Made by a program: the position numbers and the translations under genes. Shown in pieces: positions 32,001 through 38,776 of a DNA stretch of 38,776 nucleotides; the first letter of the stretch is position 1; every line of letters starts with the position of its first letter. The stretch is from an uncultured Candidatus Saccharibacteria bacterium (GTDB lineage Bacteria > Patescibacteriota > Minisyncoccia > Phycocordibacterales > Zambryskibacteraceae). Under the pieces are notes generated by a model. It was not told the origin of the DNA. It made no database searches and was given only the letters and a program-made list of their open reading frames with translations. The stretch is taken from contig CAZYLR010000002.1 in NCBI GenBank assembly GCA_964648835.1, positions 1-38,776 of the forward strand, read 5' to 3'.

Positions 32001-32504
32001 ATGAAGAAAAATCCTCCAAAAGTTTATTTGGCCAGTCCATTTGGGTTTTCTGAATCTGGCAGACTTTTTTATTATGAAAAATTAGTTCCTTTGGTGGTTG
32101 AGGTAGGTTTCGAAGTACTTGATCCATGGGTTTTAACAACGGATAAAATTCTTAAGCCTGCGATTGCATTGCCTTATGGTCAGAAAAAGAAAGACAAGTG
32201 GCAGAAAATAAATAAAATAATCGGTCAAAACAATGCCAAAGCTATCAAAAATTGTAATCTAATTCTTGCTGTCGTTGATGGTACTGATGTTGATAGCGGT
32301 ACTGCATCAGAAATTGGTTATGGGGCTGCACTTGGTAAAGCTGTTATCGGGTATCGTAGTGATTTTCGCTTGAGCAGCGATAATGAAGGGTCTACTGTAA
32401 ATTTACAAGTAGAGTATTTTATTAAACTGAATGGGGGAATTATAACTACCAATTTAAGTGACCTAAAAAATATTCTAAAACTCCACTTTAAGAGATATAA
32501 GTGA
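32001..32504 (+). CDS. nucleoside 2-deoxyribosyltransferase family protein
   Basis: KVYLASPFGFSE...NCNLILAVVDGTDVDSGTASEIGYGAALGKAVIGY is typical of the family. Confidence 0.8.
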   Translation: MKKNPPKVYLASPFGFSESGRLFYYEKLVPLVVEVGFEVLDPWVLTTDKILKPAIALPYGQKKKDKWQKINKIIGQNNAKAIKNCNLILAVVDGTDVDSGTASEIGYGAALGKAVIGYRSDFRLSSDNEGSTVNLQVEYFIKLNGGIITTNLSDLKNILKLHFKRYK

Positions 32505-32534
32505 AATAACTAACTTTTTGTTATACTAGCCAGT

Positions 32535-34709
32535 ATGGCTGGGGAATATAATCCTAAAGAAATTGAGGGGAAGTGGCAGAAGAAATGGGAAGAATCCGGT
32601 CTTTATCGGGCGGAAAATGATTCCAAGCAACCAAAATATTACGCGCTCATAGAATTTCCGTATCCATCCGGAGATGGGCTTCATGTTGGCCATCCTCGAC
32701 CTTATATAGGTTTGGATATCATCGCTCGCAAGCGGCGAATGGAGGGATTCAATGTTTTGTATCCCATCGGTTGGGATGCTTTCGGCCTGCCGACGGAGAA
32801 CTATGCTATCAAGACTGGCAAAAATCCGCGCGTGGTGACTAAGGAGAATTCCGACACCTTTCGTCGACAGATCCAGTCTCTCGGAGTATCTTTCGATTGG
32901 TCGCGAGAGATTAATACTACTGACCCGAAATATTATAAATGGACGCAGTGGATATTTTTAAAATTTCTTGAGAAAGGCCTTGCGTACAAGGCGAAGATGG
33001 CTATCAACTGGTGTCCCAAATGTAAGATTGGTTTGGCGAACGAAGAGGTAGTGGATGACAACTGTGAACGGTGTGGCACACCAGTAGAGCAGAAAGAGAA
33101 AGAACAGTGGATGCTTGCCATCACTAAGTACGCTGACCGACTCTATTATGATTTAGATACTGTTGATTACCCGGATAGGGTCAAGATCCAACAGAAGAAC
33201 TGGATCGGTCGAAGTGAGGGTGCGTTAATTAAGTTTGACGATATCGAGATTTTTACCACCAGACCCGATACGATATTCGGCGCGACATTTGTCGCGATAG
33301 CTGGGAAAGAAGATAAATTTACTGGACGCTATGTAACTAATCCAGCTACTAAAGAAAAAATTCCTGTCTGGGAGGCGGAATACGTGATGTCGGAAGTGGG
33401 TACGGGAGCAATTATGGGCGTGCCAGCCGATGATGCGCGGGACAAGGAATTTGCAGGGAAATTTAATTTGCCGGTTGTTGAGAATTATACCCCTGCTGGA
33501 TTTGAAGACTATGGACAAAGGGTAACGAAGTACAAACTCCGAGATTGGATCTTCTCCAGACAACGCTACTGGGGGGAGCCTATACCGGTGATTCACTGTG
33601 ATGAATGTGGAATAGTGCCAGTGCCGGAGAAAGATTTGCCGGTGGAATTGCCGAAAGTAGAGAAATACGAGCCAGGACCAGACGGCGAGTCACCTCTTGC
33701 CAATATAACAGAGTGGGTGAATACAAAATGTCCGCAATGCGGCGGGAAGGCCAAAAGAGAAACAGATGTCATGCCCAACTGGGCCGGTTCTTCATGGTAC
33801 TTTCTACGCTATTGTGACCCGCACAATGACAAAGAATTTGTATCAAGGGTAGCCCTTGATACATGGATGCCGGTGGACTGGTACAACGGTGGTATGGAAC
33901 ACACGGTACTTCACCTTCTATATTCGCGTTTCTGGAATAAATTCCTCTATGATTTGAAGCTTGTTCCCACCAGTGAGCCGTACAAGAAGCGTACTTCCCA
34001 CGGTTTGATTCTTGCCGAAGGCGGAGAGAAGATGAGCAAGTCAAAAGGCAATGTCATTAATCCTGACACGATAGTAGAGCAATTTGGCGCGGACACCCTT
34101 CGGCTCTACGAGATGTTTATGGGTCCTTTTGAACAGGCTATTGCTTGGAGCGAGGAGGCGCTCATTGGTCCACGCCGGTTTTTGGAGAAAGTGTGGAGAT
34201 TACAATCCAAAGTTTCAAAAGGTCTCACGGGAAAAGGTCTGACCTTAAAGAGCGAGACCTTGGTGCATCAGACTATCAAAAAAGTTTCAGAAGATATCGA
34301 ATCAATGGGATTCAATACTGCCGTCTCGACTCTGATGATTTTCGCCAACGCTCTAGATAAACAGGAGAAAATCTCCCAAAAAGAATTTGAAATACTGCTT
34401 CTCCTCTTAGCGCCTTTCGCTCCGCATATCACGGAAGAGTTATGGAGTAATCTAGGGCATCTTGATTCGATCCACAAAACACCATGGCTGCAATATGATG
34501 AAACAAGATTAGTGCCAAGCGAAGTTACAATCGTGGTGCAAGTCAATGGCAAGGTACGTGCTAAGTTTAACGCCCCCTCACATATCTCAGAAGTTGAGGC
34601 TACGAATAAAGCCGAGAATCTACCAGAAATTCAAAAATGGCTTGAGGATAAGGGCATTCATGGATTCATCTATATTCCCGGAAGACTAGTCAATATAGTA
34701 GCTTATTGA
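32535..34709 (+). CDS. leuS: leucine--tRNA ligase (compact, 724 aa)
   Basis: Contains HVGH, KMSKSKGN, TTRPDT and GTGAIMGVPADDARD. The segment between TTRPDT and GTGA (CP1 editing domain) is much shorter than in E. coli LeuS. Confidence 0.95.
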   Translation: MAGEYNPKEIEGKWQKKWEESGLYRAENDSKQPKYYALIEFPYPSGDGLHVGHPRPYIGLDIIARKRRMEGFNVLYPIGWDAFGLPTENYAIKTGKNPRVVTKENSDTFRRQIQSLGVSFDWSREINTTDPKYYKWTQWIFLKFLEKGLAYKAKMAINWCPKCKIGLANEEVVDDNCERCGTPVEQKEKEQWMLAITKYADRLYYDLDTVDYPDRVKIQQKNWIGRSEGALIKFDDIEIFTTRPDTIFGATFVAIAGKEDKFTGRYVTNPATKEKIPVWEAEYVMSEVGTGAIMGVPADDARDKEFAGKFNLPVVENYTPAGFEDYGQRVTKYKLRDWIFSRQRYWGEPIPVIHCDECGIVPVPEKDLPVELPKVEKYEPGPDGESPLANITEWVNTKCPQCGGKAKRETDVMPNWAGSSWYFLRYCDPHNDKEFVSRVALDTWMPVDWYNGGMEHTVLHLLYSRFWNKFLYDLKLVPTSEPYKKRTSHGLILAEGGEKMSKSKGNVINPDTIVEQFGADTLRLYEMFMGPFEQAIAWSEEALIGPRRFLEKVWRLQSKVSKGLTGKGLTLKSETLVHQTIKKVSEDIESMGFNTAVSTLMIFANALDKQEKISQKEFEILLLLLAPFAPHITEELWSNLGHLDSIHKTPWLQYDETRLVPSEVTIVVQVNGKVRAKFNAPSHISEVEATNKAENLPEIQKWLEDKGIHGFIYIPGRLVNIVAY

Positions 34710-34755
34710 CATTACTTGACATATATTTGGATGGGTGATACAAATACAGTAAGTC

Positions 34756-35793
34756 ATGAGTGAAAAGATTACTTTAAACTTCAAGCCCAAGGAAGCCACC
34801 CGACGTCTTTTGTCGAGTCTGGCCAAGCGCAGTCAGGATGTTCTTGTTAGTCGATATGGGTTGGGATCCAAGGCCACTAGACTCACTCTCGACGCTATCG
34901 GCAAGAAGTATAATATCACTCGCGAACGTGTTCGCCAGATTGAGAACCACTCGCTGGCCGCTATTCGTAAATCAAAAGTATATAAAGATTCTGAACCAAT
35001 TTTTACCGAACTGAAAGAGACTATCATCGGTCTGGGTGGTCTGGTTTCTGAAAAAGACCTTTTAAAACATTTGAGCGAAGATTTGAACACCCAAAACCAT
35101 TTTCATTTTCTTCTAGTCATTGGTGAAGAGTTTAAGCGTGAGAAAGAGGATGAAGAATTCAGGCACCGCTGGCACGTTGATGCAGCTTTATCCGACAATA
35201 TTAAGACCGCTCTTCGCAAACTGTATTCCAAGCTTTCTGATGATGAGTTAGTGTTTGAAAGTGACTTAATCACTTCTTTCCTCGATGAAGTTAAGGATTT
35301 AAACGAGAAATATAAAAATGATGAGGTTATCAAGCGCTGGCTCTCCATTTCTCGCAAAATTGGCAAGAATCCATTGGGTGAGTGGGGTCGGTCCTCTTCT
35401 TCAAATGTTAATGCCAAGGGTATGCGTGATTTCGCTTTCTTGGTTATCAGAAAGCATGGTTCCCCCATACATTTCAAAGATGTGGCCAAGGCTATTACCC
35501 AATACTTCAAAAAGAAAGCGCATGTGGCAACTACTCACAACGAACTCATTAAAGATCCACGATTTGTCCTGGTTGGTCGCGGGCTCTACGCTCTCTCTGA
35601 ATGGGGATATATGTCAGGTGTAGTCAAGGATGTTATCAGGAAAATTCTAGAAAAAGAAGGTCCTTTGCTGAAGGAGAAAATTATCGAAAAGGCTCTAAAA
35701 GAACGTTACGTTAAAGAGAACACTATCTTGGTCAACCTTCAAAACCCCAAGTACTTCAAGAAAGATAAAGATAATCGCTATCATAACGTCTAG
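34756..35793 (+). CDS. sigma-70 region 4-like HTH fused to a HARE-HTH (RNAP delta-like) domain
   Basis: The N-terminus RSQDVLVSRYGLGSKATRLTLDAIGKKYNITRERVRQIENHSLAAIRK is a region 4.2 pattern. The C-terminus AFLVIRKHGSPIHFKDVAKAI...HNELIKDPRFVLVGRGLYALSEWG is a HARE-HTH pattern. Confidence 0.6.
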   Translation: MSEKITLNFKPKEATRRLLSSLAKRSQDVLVSRYGLGSKATRLTLDAIGKKYNITRERVRQIENHSLAAIRKSKVYKDSEPIFTELKETIIGLGGLVSEKDLLKHLSEDLNTQNHFHFLLVIGEEFKREKEDEEFRHRWHVDAALSDNIKTALRKLYSKLSDDELVFESDLITSFLDEVKDLNEKYKNDEVIKRWLSISRKIGKNPLGEWGRSSSSNVNAKGMRDFAFLVIRKHGSPIHFKDVAKAITQYFKKKAHVATTHNELIKDPRFVLVGRGLYALSEWGYMSGVVKDVIRKILEKEGPLLKEKIIEKALKERYVKENTILVNLQNPKYFKKDKDNRYHNV

Positions 35794-35814
35794 ATTCCGT
35801 GTAGAATTAAAGTC

Positions 35815-37059
35815 ATGATCAATGACTTCATTTCTCTTTTCCAAACCGATTTTTACCTGAAGGTCTGGCGGTTCGCTTTCGCGACATGGCCTGTCTGGTT
35901 GCCCATCTCTCTGGTCAGCTTGCTCTTACAAACATGGTTCTCTTATAAGCGCCGGGAGTGGCTGAAAAACACAGGGAGCATACTTCTGGAAATAAGAATT
36001 CCGAAAAATACGGACAAATCGCCAGCCGCCATGGAGATGGTGATAGAAGGAATTTGGGAAGACGTCATAGGTTCGCTTACAGGTGCTTATTTGGAGGGTG
36101 AGGTTAGAGACGTTTTTTCTCTTGAAATAGTTTCAATCGGCGGCGAAGTGAAATTTTTTATCTGGGCATTTCCTAAGTGGAAAAATATTATAGAGTCGAG
36201 AATTTATACCCACTATCCCGGCGCTGAAGTTATAGAAGTAGAAGATTATGCTGTCAAAGTTATTTTTGACCCCGAGAAGATGAATTTGTGGGGTATCACT
36301 ACTAGACTTGTTAAACCGGATGCTTACCCGATTAAGACTTATATAGAATTTGAGCTTGATAAAGGCAATAAAGAACAAGAAGAAATAGTGGACCCGCTTG
36401 CCCCGGTTCTTGAACATCTTGGTATGCTTAAGCCAGGAGAACAAGCGTGGATTCAGATTTTGATTCAAGGTCACCGCAAGGAAGGCCTTCAAGATATACG
36501 TCTATTCTCGAAACCGGATTGGCAAGAAGGTATCAAAAAGGAAATAAAGAAAATCATTGAGACAGAATCACTTGTCACGCCGAAGCCCGATAAACCTCTG
36601 CTTATCCCGTACCTCACCAAGACTCAAGATGATACGATTAAGGCCATTCAACGTAATTCTGCCAAACTCGCCTTTGATACCATGATGAGGGTGGTTTATG
36701 TGGCACCCAAGGAAATATATGTCAAGACGAGAGGCGTGGGGATTATCGGCAGTATGCGCCAATTTGGTTCAAAAACTCTCAATGGTATCCGGCCACACAA
36801 ATTTATTCCCGGTATTGTCTATCCCTGGGAAGATTTTCTTAATATCAGAAGAAGATATAGGCAAAAAACACTACTCGAAGCATATAAGAGACGTTCTTTC
36901 TTTAATGTTCCTTTCAAGCACGTTTTTGGCAAGCCGTACGTTCTGACAACCGAAGAACTGGCCACTCTCTTTCACTTTCCCGGCACGACTGTTACTACCC
37001 CGACCCTTACGCGTGTACCTTCGAAGAAAGCGGAAGCCCCGTCGAATTTACCTTTATAA
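35815..37059 (+). CDS. hypothetical membrane-anchored protein (414 aa)
   Basis: An N-terminal TM helix is followed by LLEIRIPKNTDKSPAAMEMV and a C-terminal LTTEELATLFHFPG. These motifs resemble, from memory, the N-terminal module of CPR/archaeal HerA/VirD4-like ATPases, but no ATPase domain is present. Confidence 0.55.
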   Translation: MINDFISLFQTDFYLKVWRFAFATWPVWLPISLVSLLLQTWFSYKRREWLKNTGSILLEIRIPKNTDKSPAAMEMVIEGIWEDVIGSLTGAYLEGEVRDVFSLEIVSIGGEVKFFIWAFPKWKNIIESRIYTHYPGAEVIEVEDYAVKVIFDPEKMNLWGITTRLVKPDAYPIKTYIEFELDKGNKEQEEIVDPLAPVLEHLGMLKPGEQAWIQILIQGHRKEGLQDIRLFSKPDWQEGIKKEIKKIIETESLVTPKPDKPLLIPYLTKTQDDTIKAIQRNSAKLAFDTMMRVVYVAPKEIYVKTRGVGIIGSMRQFGSKTLNGIRPHKFIPGIVYPWEDFLNIRRRYRQKTLLEAYKRRSFFNVPFKHVFGKPYVLTTEELATLFHFPGTTVTTPTLTRVPSKKAEAPSNLPL

Positions 37060-37922
37060 TGTTGAGGCCTCGCCTTTTTTTCATAGGGATAGTTTTATTT
37101 ATTATCTTTTTCTTTCCGACTACTCCTCCATTTTCTTTCCCTTCCGGTTCCATTGTTACTATCCCGGAAGGGGTTGGACTCTATACGCTCGCAGAAAGAC
37201 TACGGGAAGATAGGGTAATACGTTCTCCGTTTTGGTTCCGAGCGGTTGCTATCATACTTGGCGGAGAACGCGATATGAAAGCCGGCCAATATCTGATGTC
37301 CGGCCCGCAAAACGTTTTTTTTATCGCCTGGCGAGTCTTTCATGGAGATTACGATATAGAGACGGTCAAGCTGACTATTCCAGAAGGCTTTACAGTCAGG
37401 GAGATTTCCAAGCTTTTTGACGAGAGATTTGTATTCTTTGACCACGCGGACTTCGTAGAACACGCACCGGAGGGCTATCTTTTCCCAGACACTTATTTCA
37501 TACCGGTAATCGCTACGGCCTCTTCTACTATTAAGCTACTTGGCGATAACTTTACCCACAAAATTGTCTCAAGCATGCCAGATATAGAATCTTCCGGCAG
37601 AACCCTAAAAGAAATTATTATCATGGCTTCGCTTCTCGAAGCAGAAACCAAAACAAAAGAAGATAGGGAAATTGTTTCCGATATTCTCTGGAAACGACTC
37701 AAGCTTAGGATGCCCTTGCAAGTCGATTCAGACATGGGAACTTATGAATTTGTTGGTTTACCGGAAAATCCAATCAATAATCCAGGATTAGTCTCGATTG
37801 ATGCCGCGCTCCATCCAACTTCAACGCCGTATCTCTATTTCTTGACAGGAGATGACGGTACCATGCATTATTCTCGCACCTTCGATGAACATGTGGCGAA
37901 GAAACTTAAATATATTAAATAA
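37059..37922 (+). CDS. mltG: endolytic murein transglycosylase MltG (YceG-like)
   Basis: IPEGFTVREISKLF, EGYLFPDTYF, ASLLEAETK and NPGLVSIDAALHP. The ATG overlaps the upstream TAA by 1 nt. Confidence 0.9.
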   Translation: MLRPRLFFIGIVLFIIFFFPTTPPFSFPSGSIVTIPEGVGLYTLAERLREDRVIRSPFWFRAVAIILGGERDMKAGQYLMSGPQNVFFIAWRVFHGDYDIETVKLTIPEGFTVREISKLFDERFVFFDHADFVEHAPEGYLFPDTYFIPVIATASSTIKLLGDNFTHKIVSSMPDIESSGRTLKEIIIMASLLEAETKTKEDREIVSDILWKRLKLRMPLQVDSDMGTYEFVGLPENPINNPGLVSIDAALHPTSTPYLYFLTGDDGTMHYSRTFDEHVAKKLKYIK

Positions 37923-38776
37923 ACCCCTCGACTCCGCTCGGGGCAAGAAAGTATTTGTCGGGCTTTCGGGAGGTGTTGATTCTGCGGTGAGCGCAGCGCT
38001 TTTAAAACAGCGCGGATTTAACGTTACCGGCGTTTTTATCAAGGTCTGGCAACCCGATTTTTTGCCTTGCAGTTGGAGAGACGAACGGCGTGACGCCATG
38101 AAAGTAGCAATCGCGCTCGATATCCCATTCCTCTTTTTTGATTTTGAAGAGGAATATAAAAAAGGTGTAGTGGACAAGATGATAGCCGAATACAAGGCCG
38201 GTCGAACTCCGAATCCCGATGTACTCTGTAACAAAGAAGTTAAGTTCGGCGCGTTTTGGAAGAAAGCTAGAGAAATGGGAGCGGATTATATCGCAACTGG
38301 ACACTATGCAAGAATTGAAGAGGGAATGCTAAAAGAAGGAAAAGATAAAGAGAAAGACCAAAGCTACTTTCTCTGGACTCTGAATCAAAGTGACCTTCCG
38401 CGCATTCTTTTTCCAGTCGGTAATTTGGAGAAAAGCGAAGTGCGTAGATTGGCTCGAAAATATAACCTGCCAGTCTCCGAAAAGAAAGACAGTCAAGGTA
38501 TCTGTTTTATAGGCGATGTCAGCATGGAAGAATTCCTTTCTCATTTCATTTCGGCTAAACTAGGTGATGTATTGAATACGAAAGGCGAGGTCATAGGTAC
38601 CCATAAAGGAGCCTTGCTTTATACAATTGGGGAAAGACACGGTTTCGAAATTACCAAGAAACAGCCGGAAGATGGAGCCTTTTATATATTATCCAAGGAT
38701 ATGGGTGCAAACACCATTACCGTTTCAAACAAAGAGCCAGAAATAATTTCTCTATCGCCAATTAAGATTACAGTTA
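37891..38776 (+). CDS. mnmA: tRNA 2-thiouridine(34) synthase MnmA, 3'-truncated by the window edge
   Basis: KKVFVGLSGGVDSAV (PP-loop), NPDVLCNKEVKFG and DSQGICFIG. The frame is open to the window end. The only canonical in-frame start upstream of the PP-loop is the ATG at 37891, which overlaps mltG by 32 nt, so the start is uncertain. Confidence 0.85.
   Translation, partial: MWRRNLNILNKPLDSARGKKVFVGLSGGVDSAVSAALLKQRGFNVTGVFIKVWQPDFLPCSWRDERRDAMKVAIALDIPFLFFDFEEEYKKGVVDKMIAEYKAGRTPNPDVLCNKEVKFGAFWKKAREMGADYIATGHYARIEEGMLKEGKDKEKDQSYFLWTLNQSDLPRILFPVGNLEKSEVRRLARKYNLPVSEKKDSQGICFIGDVSMEEFLSHFISAKLGDVLNTKGEVIGTHKGALLYTIGERHGFEITKKQPEDGAFYILSKDMGANTITVSNKEPEIISLSPIKITV

Noticed and set aside
1-38776. 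CRISPR arrays, rRNA genes, IS elements/transposases, integrases, prophage genes.
   Set aside because: Reading the intergenic regions, I found no regularly spaced direct repeats. No ORF has transposase, integrase or phage-structural motifs. The only mobile-element-like signals are the GIY-YIG/tRNA-half locus and the flanked palindrome, which are reported as findings.

Overview
The window looks like a streamlined bacterial chromosome segment of roughly 40% GC. It is most consistent with a CPR/Patescibacteria (Parcubacteria-like) genome; this is an inference from compact or fused housekeeping genes, a DUF5671-type membrane protein and a giant surface protein.

The backbone genes are recognisable:
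- Translation and RNA modification: hpf, a fused def-fmt, tgt, ychF, leuS and the start of mnmA.
- Cell envelope: mreB, ddl, mltG and a VanY/M15 peptidase.
- DNA repair: a contiguous uvrB-uvrA-uvrC cluster with a short UvrC, and tag.
- Other: a purM-like gene and a nucleoside deoxyribosyltransferase.

I saw no rRNA, CRISPR array, transposase or integrase.

The most interesting region is 13.7-15.0 kb, which contains:
- a GC-rich island with its own promoter and terminator;
- a non-canonical tRNA-Ala(GGC)-like gene that encodes CCA, has a GUGC T-loop and lacks D-loop GG;
- a tRNA-Ala(UGC) gene preceded by a small GIY-YIG nuclease ORF and a duplicated 5' half of that tRNA, which carries a twin-hairpin insertion in its D-loop.

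Two window-wide patterns stand out. Many AT-rich native genes have a -10 box 6-9 nt upstream of the start codon and no Shine-Dalgarno, which suggests leaderless mRNAs. About seven single-gene GC-rich cassettes each carry a strong Shine-Dalgarno and a GC hairpin terminator.

Other notable items are a 1909-aa NHL/FN3/Ig/G8/beta-helix surface protein, a membrane bPH-AlbA_2 fusion, an orphan receiver lacking the phospho-acceptor Asp, a degenerate stand-alone PurH-N-like domain, and a perfect 38-bp palindrome abutting a promoter.
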